This document shows, one piece after another, positions 14,601 to 29,600 of a stretch of DNA of 64,000 nucleotides; within the stretch, counting starts at the first letter, position 1; every line of letters begins with the position of its first letter. The stretch comes from Leucoraja ocellata (lineage: Eukaryota), in contig JAWMAR010000064.1 in the NCBI GenBank assembly GCA_036785375.1, positions 3,286,001 through 3,350,000 of the forward strand, written 5' to 3'. A program made the position numbers and the translations under genes. The notes under the pieces are model-generated. The model was not told the DNA's origin. It searched no databases and saw nothing but the letters and a program-made list of their open reading frames with translations.

Positions 14601-17600
14601 TGCGCCATCTGTCGTCCCACATCTGTTGTCGTTGTATCATCTGCATACATGATGATGGTGTTAGTACCATGTACAGGTGTGCAGTCATAGGTGAAGAGGG
14701 AGTAGAGGAGGGGGCTCAGCACACAGCCCTGTGGAACGCCGGTGTTCAGGGTGAGGGTTGAAGAGGTGTGCTTGTCTAACCTAACAGACTGTGGTCTGTT
14801 GGTTAGAAAGTCCAGTATCCAGTTGCAGAGGGAGGGATCGATGCCCAGGTTACCGAGTTTGGTGATCAGTTTAGATGGTATAATGGTGTTGAATGCTGAG
14901 CTGTAATTGATGAACAGCATTCTTACGTAAGTGTCTCTGTTGTCGAGGTGGGAGAGGGCGGAGTGAAGTGCCGTTCAGATGGCATCCTCCGTAATCTGTT
15001 CGTAATTTCTAAGCTTTAATATTTCTGTGCATTTGACAGCTCGGTTGGTTTAAAACACTTCAAATTTAGACTTAAAGAGCACATTTTATTTATGAAAAGC
15101 TCCTCATAATCTATCATTGCTGTCAAGTATGTTCTGGGAATGTTGCATAGATGTGCATTTCTCTCCTTAGATGGCATGCATGTTGAGAATCCTTGTCATA
15201 TCGTACTAATCACAGAAAGTTTACCATTATGAAGCCATGTGGCCTTTTAAGTCCATACCAACTCTTGAAATGAACAAGATAGACACAAAATGCTGGAGTA
15301 ACTCAGCAGGACAGGCAGCATCCATGGAGAGAAGGAATGGGTGACATTTCAGGTTGAGACCATCTTCAGACGACTATGTCGCCTTTAAATTGAACAACCC
15401 AGTTCATTCCTCTCCCTTGTGCTCTACTCATAAATGATTTCCTTTCAGTTCCCGCTGAATCTGTGCCCTACGTGGCTGATGGACTTTTAGAGTCGTAAAA
15501 CTCACAATTTATGTTATATTCAAACGCTGCTGCCCTGCGATAGTGTTTGGCTGTGGTGCAACAGTAAATTGCCACTTATTATTCAAAGGCTAGATGGTGG
15601 TAAGATCTCGCTGCAACTGGAACCATTATTATAAATCTCTTAAGATCCATGACATCCTAAAATATGGTGACTGGAATTGAATGGAATACTCTAGGTGAGG
15701 TATCATTAGAGCTTTATGAAACCTCCGCAAAATTTCTCGGCTTTCATTTTATAAAGTCCGAACCCAGCTGCTCTTATAACTATTCTTGGAGTTTGTCATG
15801 CCCCAATCTGCTGTTCCTGCACACTCCTCAGAACAGTGCTTTTAAATCTGTGTGTTGGCCCTTTCAATTCCTTTTGCCAAAATCCCCCCAGCATTAATTT
15901 CCAAAGTGTAATTTGCCTGTTCATTCTGCCACCCTATCTCTGTCCTTTTGTAATGTTATAATGTTCTCCTCGATATTTCTGAATGAACTAGATTGCAAGT
16001 TTTCCCATTGTCGCCCGTTTCTGCCGACAGTGGAGGAAATATACCATGTGTGAACTGCGATATTATTAGAAGCACTGCAGATACTGGGAAGCATCAACGC
16101 ACCATGGGGAATCACACATGGAATTCCCCAGAGTAGTTTCCCAATGGGCGCCACTTGACCTGAAGATGGTTGATAGCATCATATACCGAGGGAAAAAACA
16201 TCTATAAAATATGCACAGATGTTTCCAGTTTTGTGGAAACTTAATTTATAAAATATTTCAGAGTTCAGTCTGTTAATCTATTATTGTGACTCTTATATTT
16301 CTTCTAAACTAAAAACTTTTTTTCATATGTACTTTCTATAATCTTATGAGCATTAACTTATTTTTGACCTTGATATTTGACATGAGTATGGTTTGCTTTG
16401 TTTCAACTTTTATTTACTTCCAACAGCATCCAAGGTGGGTGTGCAAAGACATCTCCCTGGTTTCTACATTGAGTGAATGCTGCATTGTCAGATGGGGCAA
16501 TAAACTGAAGGCCTGATCTACATGAAGCAGAAATCAAAAATTCCACAACACTATTTGGCATTCTCACTATTAAATGGAAGTTGTACTAAATTAATAATTT
16601 AGCATTGGTGACCAATCATAAAGTAAAATCATAAAATTAAATGATTACTCATTAACGCACCACTCATTGGCACCAACCTGAAACAAAACCGTTTGGCCTT
16701 TCGATCATACATCCCACTACGGTAAGTTAGTCCCTGAGGCAAAACTAATTGTTAAAGCGGTGAGATAGCTTGAATGTATCTGGCATTCACAAACATTCAA
16801 ACGTTAACAAATTAAACTGCGTTAAACAAAACAAAATGTTGCAAATAAGAACACAAACAAAAGCCAATACTTAAAAATAATTTCATACATTTACATTAGT
16901 TAACAATAAAAATGTTCTGGACGTTTTCCTAATTAGCCCTCTACTTGCAGATGTGAAACTGAAGGAGCCACAGAATCTGCATCAGATCTAACCTAAAGCA
17001 TGATTATCTGCAGATTTCCGAGAAAGTACCACTCGCTTCTTGGTGGGAGTGGCGGCGCCTAACGGCAGCGGCTCGACTACAGTCGTCTGTCTTTTTTTAT
17101 TTTTTGTATTGTTAAATGTATGTCTTTGAGTCAGTTTTCATTATTTTTTTTAGCTGTGTATATGTGGGGGTGGTGGGGGGGGGCTGTGGGGGAAACCGTT
17201 AATCTCTTCCCTGTGCGGGGACCCGACTATTCCCTGTCGGGTCTCGTATGTCGTTGGGCCTAACATCGTGGAGCCGGCGGCGACCTCCGACCGGGACTAA
17301 CCTGGGGGTTCCAGTTGCAGAGCCTGCGGAACTGACATCGCGGAGCTGGCAAAATTCGGAGCGGGAAGAGCTGTGGTGGCGTGCGGCTGCGACCCGACTT
17401 GTGGAGTTCGGAGGCACCGGCCGCAGACCTGGTGGACGGGAACATCGGGAGCTCCAAGTCCCTGGTGGGAGACCGCTTTTCCGAGCTCCGCAACAGCGAC
17501 TTCTCCCGCTGGAATCGCGGGTTTAAGGACATGGAGCCGGGGCCTAACATCACCCGGCGTGGCTTAAACGGCCTCAGGACTTACCATCGCCCGCCGGGGG

Positions 17601-20600
17601 CTTTAACATCGGAGCCCCAGTTCGCCTCGACACTGCAGTTGGACTGCTGGACCACAGGAGAAGGAACAAAGGGAAGACATAAAGACTTTGCCTTCCATCA
17701 CAGTGAGGAGATGTTGGAGACTCACTGTGATGGATGTTTATGTAAAACTGTGTTAAGTGTGGGTCTTGGATTGTGTTTGTAATGTGAAAAAACTGTAGAA
17801 ATGGAAGTTCGTTCAAACCCAGGTTTGAATGACAATAAATAGCATTCTATTCTATTCTCAGGAACGCAACATCACCATTCAATTGGAATGACAATTTTCT
17901 TTAGTTATGAGGAATTTTCATGTTCTTGTACATTTTTCCATGAATGCCCAACTTTTTGACTTTTTATAGAGATCGATGCCAGAGTTTCTTGTGGAACTAA
18001 CTACCTCCTTTCTTTCTGATAAATTTGGGCCATTGGTTTTGCATGTGATATGATAAGGTGAACCGTGCCTGTAACAAATAGGATGCATTGTGGAAGCTAG
18101 AAGCTTTGACAAAACATTTTCTGTTGTTGTTGCTTATTATAGATTATGTCTGTGCTTTAAAATGCTCTACTAAATGTGAATAACATATCAATCTTTTCTC
18201 AGAACCTGGATGCTTTGCATGATCATCTGGCTACCATTTACCCAGGGATGCGGGCACCATCATTCCGATGTACAGATGCAGAAAAAGGGAAAGGTCTACT
18301 TTTACATTATTATTCAGAAAGGGAAGGCTTACAGGATATTGTAATTGGAATAATTAAGACAGTTTCGCAGCAGCTTCATGGCACTGAAATAGACATGAAG
18401 GTAAGATCACAATATTTACATTTTCAATAATAGTGTTTGAAAACTAGAGATAAAAGGGAGCAATATGCCTTTGGTCATGAGCGATTAATGTGCCAGAGAT
18501 TTGGCTATCAATAGTATTCGCTTTCACATGAATACACTGGAGAATAATTCAATATTCTGGCACACACTTGTGATTAAACCTCACAGACAAATTGCTTCAA
18601 ATTTAATCTCAAAATGCATGTCTCAAGATTACATGATCTTTCTCCTTAATTCAATATTACCATTAACAATTTCAAATTTCAATATTTCTTATCCTTTCAT
18701 TGTTTAGATGTATTAATTGTTAATCTGGTTTGAAATCCCTTGTAATTACAATATGGATGGATTTGTAATAATTTAGACAGTAAAAAGGAAGAGTTTTGGA
18801 TTATGGTCTTACCATTTGAACGTGTTGAACTATCTATATGAGTTCTAGGCTATGACATACTTGCAGTTTTTATATTTTGATGTTTCCAATTTATTGACAT
18901 GTCATTAGAAAGATAATCCATTGTCCCCCAGCTCTCTGGTTGCATCATGCATGATTTACCAGATGCATTATAGCAATTTACTTTGACAGCATCTCCCACT
19001 TTAAGCAATTAGTGTATCTAGGACCTAGATTAATGATGCAATGTTTAAAGTGGTAAAGAATGCAATTATTTTTGGATTACATTAGGTAATCCAATGGAAT
19101 AAAATCAAAGTCTTGCCTTTTTATTAGTGTAGACCAATTATTTAAAGGACCCTATTTTCTCCAGGAACAAGTAATGGTTAAGCCCCTGTCCCACGATGCA
19201 AGTTCACCCAAGAGCTCTCCCGAGTAAAAAAAAAGAAACTCCTGGTAAGTACGTAGAATGTACGTAGGGCCTCGTGGATGTCTCGTAGCGGCTCGTAATG
19301 CGAACGGCAGGTACTCGGGAAACGCGGTAACTAACGGCAGGTACTCGGGAAATCCTTGGACATTTTTCACAGTGTTGCAACAACCTCACGAGTTACCGCG
19401 TTTCCCGAGTACCTGCCGTTAGCATTACGAGCCGCTACAGGACATCTACGAGGTCCTACGTACCCGTGCACACCACAAATTTGATTTTTTTTTAAACTCG
19501 GGAGAGCTCTTGGGTGAACTCGCATCGTGGGACAGAGACTTTACCATAATCACCTACAGTTGGAGATTTGTAGTCGTCAAAACTTTTCAACTCTGCCTTT
19601 TGATGTAACAATTGAAAAACAAAAATACAGTTTGGTACAATGCAACCTCAGATTGCCACTGTAATATTTTGCATTGTATATTTGTTGAGAGTTCAACAGA
19701 ACTCTTCTTGCACTGCTTTTGCAAGCTTTCTGCAAATTTTTCATCAAACGTAGAACGGCAGCGCCTCGTGGCAGCGGCCTCTGCAGTCCGTCTGTCTTTT
19801 TTTTATTTTTGTCCCATTGAGTGTATAGTTTGTTGTGGTTTATATATTGTTTTTAGGTGTGTATATGTGGGGGGCGGGGTGGAGGGGGATGGTGGGGGAA
19901 ACTTTTAAATCTCTTCCCCGTACGGGGGACCCGACCGTTACCCTGTCGGGTCTCCGTTGTCGTTGGGGCCGAGCATCGTGGAGCGGCCTCCATCCGGAAC
20001 GACCTGGGGGCTCCAGTCGCGGAGCCTGCAGACTTACCATCGTGGAGTTGGCCGGCTTCGGAGCGTGGAGAGCTGTGGTGGCGCGCGGCTGCGACCCGAC
20101 TCTGGAGCTTCGGAGGCTCCAACCGCAGGCCCGGTGGACGGTGACATCGGGAGCTCGCAGGTCCCTGGTGGGAGACCGATTTTCGGAGCTCCCGCAACGG
20201 CAACTTCTCCCGCCCGAATTGCGGGTTTGGAAACGACCCGGAGCGGGGCCTTACATCGCCCGGGGCGGCTTTAATGGCCGCGGGACTTGCTATTGCCATT
20301 GCCCGCCGGGGGCTCCAACATCAAGACCTGGAGCAGGGCTTTGACATCGGGAGAAAAATGGAGAGCAGGGGAGAGACCATGACTTTGCCTTCCATCACAG
20401 TGAGGAGGAGATTCACTGTGATGGATGTTTGTGTAAACTGTGTTAATTGTGTGTCTTGTTAATTGTTTCTTCTTGTTGAATAACTGTGGATCCAAATTTC
20501 ATTTGAACTTCATTTGAGGTTCAAATGACAATAAACGATATTGTATCAACTCTGCAGTGGTCAGCCAGGGATTCTATTCAACATGAGCGCCTCTAGATGG

Positions 20601-23600
20601 ATCATTTCAGCAATGATGGGATGATTGAAAATTATTTTTGCAGATTAAATGTAGAAAATTAGCATGGGGTGCAGCAAGTAATCAGGAAGGCAAATTGAAT
20701 TTTAGTTTAGTTTATTGTCACAAATGTTAACTGCAAGGAGGATGGAATATAACATTTATGATGTTTTGCAGTTGTTGTCTCACACCTGAATGCACAAATA
20801 CTACTGTGTTTAAGAAGGAACTGCAGATGCTGGAAAATCGAAAGTACACAAAAATGCTGGAGAAACTCAGCGGGTGCAGCAGCATCTATGGAGCGAAGGA
20901 AATAGGCAATGATTCGGGCCGAAACCCTGCTTATTTCCTTCGCTCCATAGATGCTGCTGCACCCGCTGAGTTTCTCCAGCATTTTTGTGTACACAAATAT
21001 TACTGATAGTTTTAGTGTCCTTATTTGAATATGTATATGCTTCCATTGGTGGCACTTCAGCTGATTCAGTGTAGGAAGAAATTGTGATATAAAGAAAGAT
21101 TGAGTAGATCTCTACTCATTAGTGGTTAGAAGAATCAGAGGTATTGATGGAGCTTAACTGAATAGATGCTGAAATAATGTTTTCCAGTGATGGATTTTAG
21201 ATCTTAAAGCATTGTATGACTCTACAATGACAGTGGCAACACAAGTAGTGAGGGTGGTAGAGAAGGCAAACACAAAATGCTGGAATAACTCAGCGGGACA
21301 GGCAGCATCCCTGGATTAAAGGAGTGGGTGACGTTTTGGGTCAAGACCCTTCTTCAGACTGAAGGCGTATGGTATGGTTGCCTTCATCGGTGCGGAAATT
21401 GAGTGTATGAGTCAGGAAGTCATATTGAAGCTTTATTGGACTTTGGTTAGGCTGCATTCAAAATATTGTCTATCTTCTGGTCGCCACATTACAAGATTGT
21501 GGAGGCTTTGGAAAGCGCAGAAGAGGTTTATCAGACTTATAAGAAGCGATTGGACAAATTTGGATTGCTTTCTCTGGAATGGAGGAGGTTGAACGGAGAC
21601 CCGATAGAAATATATAAAATTATGATACGCATAGATGGGGAGACAGTCAGAACCTTGAAACAAGGGCTAGAGGGTGTAGCTTTAAGGCGAGAGGAGCAAA
21701 ATTTAAAGGAGATATGCCAGGCAAGATTTTTACACAGAGAGTGTAGGGTGCCTCAAGTGTGTGGTGTGGGATGGTAGTAGACGCAGATATGATAGTGGCA
21801 TTTAAGACGATTTTAAACAGACAGGTGGCTATACAGGGAATAGAAGGATATGGTAGAGGAGGTCCGTTTAACCTGATATCATGTTCAGCACAGAACTGTG
21901 GACCAGAGATAAGGAAGAATTTTTCTCAGAGGGCCATGCATCTTTGGTATTCTTTACACAAGGAGACTGTAGAGATAAATCTTTGAATATACCCTAGGCT
22001 GAGATACTTTTATAGTATAGGAGAACAAAGAATTATTAGGAATATCTAATGCAGTTGAAATGAACCAAGATAACATCAGCCATGGTATTATTGAATGACA
22101 AGGCAATGTGTCTGGTCCTGGGATCTATTGCTGCTCCTTTTTTATGTTTTAAAGAAGTAATTTCTGACTGTTTAGAAATATGTCTTGGTGGCCTGAGGGG
22201 GCTGTCTCTGCACTACAGGAACAGTTTAAGCAAACAGACTGGAGTCTATTTGCAACTCAGGCAACCTCTGTCTCCCAAGTGGACATTAACACTTACACCT
22301 CATCCGTTTTGGACTATATAAAATCCTGCACCGACAACGTCACTACCCATAAACAAATAAAGACCTTCCCTAATCAGAAGCCGGGGATGAGCAGAGAGGT
22401 CAGACTCTTGCTGAAGGCTCGCGATGCCGCTTTCAGATCTGGCGACGCTCAGGGATACAGCTCATCCAGGGCCAACCTGAAAAAGGGAATCAGGGACGCT
22501 AAACTCAAATACAAACGGCAGATCGAGGAGCATTTTCATAACAACTCCGACCCCAGACGCATGTGGCAAGGCATTAAGTCCATTGCCGACTACCATAAAG
22601 TTAACACCCCCCTCCCAGACAACGCCTCCATTCCTGACGAGCTGAACCACTTCTATGCTCGTTTTGACCGGGACAACAAAATACCAGCTAACAAAACTAC
22701 CCCACCCCCGAACGAACAACCCCTCAGTCTCTCCACCTCTGTTGTACAAGGCGCACTGAGCAGAGTAAATGAGCACAAAGCTGCCGGCCCCGATGGCATC
22801 CCCGGGCGTGTGCTCAGGGCATGTGCTAGACAACTATCCCTGGTCTTCACTGACATTTGCAACCTGTCACTGGCCCAGGGTGTTGTCCCCACTTGCCTCA
22901 AGACCTCAACCATTGTGCCAGTGCCCAAACAGTCAGCTTTAGGGAGTCTCAATGACTTCCACCCAGTGGCACTCACCCCTGTCATCGCAAAGTGCTTTGA
23001 GCGGCTGATTGGCTCACCTCAAAGCCAGCCTCCCCCCCACACCGGACCAACAGGTCTACAGAAGATGCCATATCTGCGGCCCTACACTCTGCCCTGACCC
23101 ACCTCGACAACAACAACTCCTACATCAGGTTGTTGTTCATTGATTTCAGCTCTGCCTTTAACACTGTCATCCCCGCCAGCTTGATCACTAAACTCAGTGG
23201 ACTTGGCATCACCACCTCCCTCTGCAATTGGACACTGGATTTCCTCACCAACAGACCACAGTCTGTTAGGATCAACAACCTCACCTCCTCCACACTAACA
23301 CTGAACACCGGCGTGCCACAGGGCTGTGTGCTCAGCCCTCTCCTCTACTCCATCTTCACCCATGACTGCATCCCTAAGTATGGCTCCAACGCCATCATAA
23401 AATTTGCCGATGACACCACGGTGGTAGGACTGATCAGCGACAACGACGAGTCAGCCTACAGGGATGAGGTCCAGCACCTGGCAGCCTGGTATGCCAACAA
23501 TAACCTCGTCCTCAACTCTAAGAAGACGAAAAAAATAATTGTTGACTTCAGGAAGAACAGAGGGGGCAGACATACCCCCATCCACATAAATGGGACTGAG

Positions 23601-26600
23601 GTGGAGCGCATCTCCAAATACAAATTCCTCGGAGTACACATCTCAGAGGATCTGTCCTGGTCCCTCAATACCACCAAATTGTTCAAAAAGGCGCAGCAGC
23701 TCCTTTACTTTCACAGGAGACTCAAGAAAGCTCACCTGTCCCCCCAGATCCTGACCAACCTTTACCGCTGTACCATCGAAAGCATCCTGACCACCTGCTT
23801 CACGGTATGGTACAGCAGCTGCACCACAGCTGACAGGAAGGCACTACAACGGGTGGTGAAAACCGCTCAGCACATCATCGGTGCCCCGCTCCCTGCCATG
23901 GATGCCCTCCACCGAAAACAGTGTCTTATACGGGCCGGGAAAATCATCAAGGACCCCTCTCACCCTAACCATGGACTGTTTGCCCTCCTCCCATCAGGGA
24001 GGCGGTACAGGAGCCTCAGGTCTCGCACAAGCAAGCTGAGGAACAGCTTTTTCAACAACACCATTACACTGCTGAACTCGGAGTCCCGACACTAGCCATC
24101 CTTAGACTCTCCCACTTGTATACAGTTATCTGCCTATGTATCAGTTTTAATTCATCCACCATCCACAGATTGTTAACCAGTATTTTGTTTTATTTTTATT
24201 GTATGCCAACTTTGTATTTTTATTTTTACTTCTACTATCTTGCACTATGACTATGACCAGATGCTAAACTGCATTTCGTTGTACCTATACTTGTATTTGT
24301 GCAATGACAATAAAGTTGAATTGAATTTAATTGATTGGTTTAATAGGTAGATTGGAATAGTCGAGATAAGGCTGGACACATGTGGGAGTGGCGGCGCCTA
24401 ACGGCAGCGGCTCGACTACAGTCGTCTGTCTTTTTTTATTTTTTGTCTTGTTAAATGTATGTCTTTGAGTCAGTTTTTATTATTTTTTTTAGCTGTGTAT
24501 ATGTGGGGGTGGTGGGGGGGGGGCTGTGGGGGAAACCGTTAATCTCTTCCCTGTGCGGGGACCCAACTATTCCCTGCCGGGTCTCGGATGTCGTTGGGCC
24601 TAACATCGTGGAGCCGGTGGTGACCTCCGGCCGGGACTAACCTGAGGGCTCCAGTTGCAGAGCCTGCGGAACTGACATCGCGGAGCTGGCCAACTTCGGA
24701 GCGGGAAGAGCTGTGGTGGCGATGCTGTGACCCGACTTTTGCAGTTCGGAGGCACCGGCCGCAGACCCGGTGGATGGGAACATCAGGAGCTCGCAGGTCC
24801 CTGGTGGGAGACCGCTTTTCCGAGCTCCGCAACGGCGACTTCTCCCGCTGGAATCGCGGGTTTAAGGACATGGAGCCGGGGCCTAACATCGCCCGGCGTG
24901 GCTTAAACGGCCTCAGGACTTACCATCGCCCTGTTCGCCTCGCACTGCAGTTGGTCTGCTGGACCGCGGGAGAAGGAACAAAGGGAAGAGATAAAGACTT
25001 TGCCTTCCATCACAGTGAGGGGATGTTGGAGACTCACTGTGATGGATGTTTATGTAAACTATCTTAAGTGTGGGTCTTGGATTGTGATTGTAATGTAAAA
25101 AAACTGTAGAAATTGAATTTTGTTCAAACCCAGGTTTGAATGACAATAAATAGCATTCTATTCTATTCTATTCTATTCTATTCTATTCTATGTGAAGGAA
25201 CATGTTGAACGTTTTTCACAATTATTTTGCTTTACTTATTGCTATAGGTTATGTAACTCATTATTCTATTGTTTGAAGCAAACTTGTGTGTTAAAGAAGT
25301 TATATTTAAATGGATGATTGTAACTGGAATCTATTTGTTCATTATCACCAATTTGAATTGCAAAGTAGCATTTAAATTACAACATCATCAGCATGTCAAT
25401 GATATACAATAAACAAGTCTGAAGCAGGGTCTTAACCTGAAACGTCACCCATTCCTTCTCTCCAGAGATGCTGCCTGTCCCGCTGAGTTACTCCAGCATT
25501 TTGTGTCTATCTTCAGTTTAAACCAGCATCTGCAGTTCCTTCCTAGGCAGTAAACAAGTCTTATCATTTTTGATTGTTTATTGCAATAGGTAACTTCCTG
25601 TTACATTATGCAACAAATTGTATGAAATCTTTATTGTAAAGAACAGTTTAAAGTCAGAAATATGCATGTGGCATTCGAGGCCTTTACATATAGGTTTTGT
25701 CGTTAATTCATGCAAATTTAAACTAATTAGGATGAAGTCCCAAATTGATTTGTTGTCAAATATTCTGAAGTGCTTCTATTTTTTGCTGTAAATATTTAGT
25801 TATTTTCTTTCCTCCCTAGCCTCCAGATTATCAAAAACAGATTTTATATTTAGCATTACGCTCAAGCACAGGAAGAGTTTGTCCATTAAATTTGTCGTGG
25901 GAAGGGAGGAAAGTCGAGTATATGTGCAAAATGCATTGAAAGTGTTGGTACAGGTTGGGAAAATGTTCCAGAAAGCATACAAGATCCTCTGGGCTGTATA
26001 AACAGATTTCCAGAGCAGGGAAATCAGAATTTCCCTATTTAAAACACCAGGTCAACCACAATTATAATTTTAATTCCAGTTCCTGGCACCACATTTCAGT
26101 AAAGATTTGAAGACTGGAGACGGTGTGAAAGGGTGTACCAGAGGGATAGCAGGGATGATGGACGAATTCAGATGCATGAACTTGGACCTCATTAAACAAG
26201 AGTTGCTAGAGGCACCTGGACTCATCAAGGATCCATCAAGGAAAGAAAGAACCTATTTTTGATAACAGAAAGGAAGAAAACCAAATAATGTGGAATTATG
26301 AATTATATGTAGGCCAAATAACCTAATTTGACATAACAAAACATTTATTATACGGCAAGTGGTTGGGATCTTGAACACACAGTCAGGAACATTAGTGGGG
26401 GAAGATTCAATTGTGGCATTTGAAAGGAAATTGAATAAGTACTTAAAAATAAATAATTTGCAAGGTTATGTGGAGAAAACGACTGTCTGCCATGTTCTTG
26501 CACATGGCCAGTATGGACTTGATGGGCCAAAAGGCATTTTTCATTCTGTCAGTTGTCTGTAATTTCTTCTGACACTTACCACGTATATATAAACAAGCAA

Positions 26601-29600
26601 GTTGTTCTCAGCAATTCTCTGCGAGCCAGCAGGATACATTCCAGCAATGGAGTTTGTGAGGGAGTGAGAACTTGGGATAAATGCCCAAAGTTTGTACAAC
26701 CATCTTACCAGAAATGTCCATATCAGGTCTTTTATGATTTTGCAAGCAGGGTTCGTTTTGATCATTTTAGATGCCGTTCCTTTTATATCCTTAGGTCCTT
26801 ATAATAGTCTTAATGTCTTACCATAGAATATCTTCTCAATATTTCAGCAGGATTTCCATAGGATTTTTCACAGACAATTGTTTTTTATTCCAAGTGGCGC
26901 ATTCGCAATCGTAGTGAGATTTGCAATAAGTATAAAAAATGTTAGCACCCTGTAGCCTGAGAAATCCTGTTGCGTGGCATATACTCATATACAGTAGTGC
27001 CAGGTGATGGCAAGACTATACTTTTAACACGTTTATCTCTAATTCTCATCAAAAGATGTGTAACATTTATTTTGAACCTTTTGTTAAAATTATAGCATAT
27101 TATTATTGTTTAGGAAACAATGTAAAGAGCTCACATGGAACGAGATCTTACAGCATTCTCATGTACACCACACCATTTGTGCACCTGAAACCTGGACTCT
27201 TTATAAGGATAATCAATCATTGCTTTTTTGGGGGACTTAGCTGCAAATAATCTCATATCAAGGCAGAGGATTGATCACAAGAGCCCACAACAGTTATTTT
27301 CTGAACTGGCTGTAAAATCCTTCTTATGCATGCGTCATTGTTGGCCTTCTGCGATGCAGATTGACAGCCAAAGAGGTGATGGTTAATTGCACTCTGTAGT
27401 CCTTGATCTTGGGACTAATGCAGAGAGTGCAGGTTGACTCATGCCGTGTATATCACAGGGCAGCTTTTTGCTGCTATGGGAACTTCATTACTTATCCTTG
27501 TCGTTGATTAGTAAAACCAACTTGTTTCATGTGCCTGTAGATTTGCTGAAATACCTTTGTTTACTGTGAATAGGATGGCATGATAGCACAGCAGTTAGTA
27601 TCGCTGCCTCACAAAGATGTGGTGGTAGATTAATTAACGACTTAAAATTACTGTTTAATTTATGTAAGTGCCAAAAGAACCAACGAGGATTTGTTTCAGG
27701 ACCACTGGGATTTAAGAGAGAGGATGAGATTAATGGGATTGCTCTTCTGTGAGCTAGCATAAGTTGTTAGGCTGAATGGCGTCTCTCTATATCATAATAA
27801 GGGAGTAAGAACTTGAAGCTATTCATGAATCATAAGGGGTTTCTTGCCCAGAGTATGCAGCTTGTCTGAAATCATAAAGGGAAAATCGCCATGGTAGGTA
27901 CCATGTACCTAAGGACAGATAGCATGGATGACTTCTTTAGATCCTGATACATTCCATTCAAAGGTTAGAGAAAGGACTCCTTGACAAATTTTACAAGCAT
28001 TCTCATTACTCCGCTAATATGCCGTGCATATTCACACGCTTCTGGGCACTATCGGGGCACCCGTCGTGGTCTGCATCTGAGTACTTGTGAGCAGAATTAG
28101 TGTGTCCACCTCCTTTGCGGAGTTGACCAACCAGCTGTCAAAACCAGACTGCAGCAGTGAGTGCCATACATCTCAACACACAATGTTACCATAATGAAGG
28201 AATGACCGAGATGCAAAAGGTCTCTGATTACATTGGCTGCTACATTTCCCGAGACAGCATGAAATGAGATTACTAGTGCAGTGACAGCAAAGCATATGCC
28301 CCAGTGCCCAACGCTATGTCAAGTCAGATGGCGTACATGGAAGGAGATTAATTTTGTTGCACCTTCTGCTAATTGCTTGTCAGAGGGTGAAGCATTAGTT
28401 AGCAATCATCTGTAATGTGAGTACATTTGCCATTGGTGCATTTGGTGGTCAAACAGTCTTTGCATGCACATATATATGTATAGATGGATTGGTGAGGTGT
28501 GTGAGGTCATCACAATGGATGGCTGCCTCCGAAGGATATGTGTTCGTCAGATGTTAGTTTTGCAGCACTGTTGATTCACTATGTGAATGATGCAGCCCTT
28601 GTATCTATGATTTACAGCATAACTACTGTGATCTACTGTGGTTCATCTCTGGACCATTCTGCCGTTTATGCTTCTTCCACAATTCAGGCAGATAGATCAC
28701 GATTATTTTATCTCAGCTCCATATATGCACTAATCCATATCGCATGATTCCCTTAAAGTCTGAACATTTGTTGATCAGTGTCACCAATGTAGCATTTGAC
28801 TGGATTCTGTTTGACCATAGTCGTTTGTCTATAGTGCAAACACATGTTTATTCTGATGGCTCCTGTGGACTGACCCTGGAAATATCCATAGTCTCTATCG
28901 AGAGCAACAAAACACTTGATATCACGCATTAAGAATGTAATGTTTAAGAAGGAACTAAGAATGTAACGTATTTAAGTAACAAAACACATTATATGAGACC
29001 ACCTAGCTTTGTATAATGTTTCTGTTACTGCCACTACACCGCAATTGCTCTTCATTCATTTTATACACTTCATCCATTTGTATATATGCACTTTAATACA
29101 ATCATAGACTTATTCTCCTTTTTTCAGTCTGTTCCTATATAAGATTGTACAATATAGTTCTCGCTTGCTCTCTGAGTTTCCCAGTCCCTAATGTACCAGT
29201 CTTTTTTCTTTCATTGCTAGATCCTCATGCTCTTCTTCTTCCCAAATCCTATAACTCTTCCCCAAAGTCACAAAAGCATTTGTGAATCTCTCCCCAATGA
29301 TAGTGTTTCCAGTACTGTTGAGATAGAAGTACATTACAATCCCTGCGGTGGTCCGAATGCTGAAGGAAGTTTAAGTGCTCCATCCTGCACCAATTTTGTA
29401 GCTACAGTTATTTGTGTGATCGATTTGTAAACAGTAAAACTCTGATTTGTGGTCTAACTGGAAATACCAGTAGGTCGGTACCTGGCTTGCCTGGTAATGT
29501 TTCCCATGTTCTCTTTCATTTCACCAGACTCATAGTTTGTATGCTCCCACTCTACCCACAGTGGCCCTGGTTCCCCTGCTCCCTTTTAGTTTAGTTTAGA

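Noticed and set aside
17199-17816. Overlapping ORFs in the GC-rich repeat (also near 19835, 24539, 35249, 42295)
   Set aside because: Frames are not preserved between copies; expected from high GC content
22180-24095. Active autonomous LINE or domesticated RT gene
   Set aside because: 5'-truncated with no endonuclease domain, and frameshifted or deleted near 23010-23100
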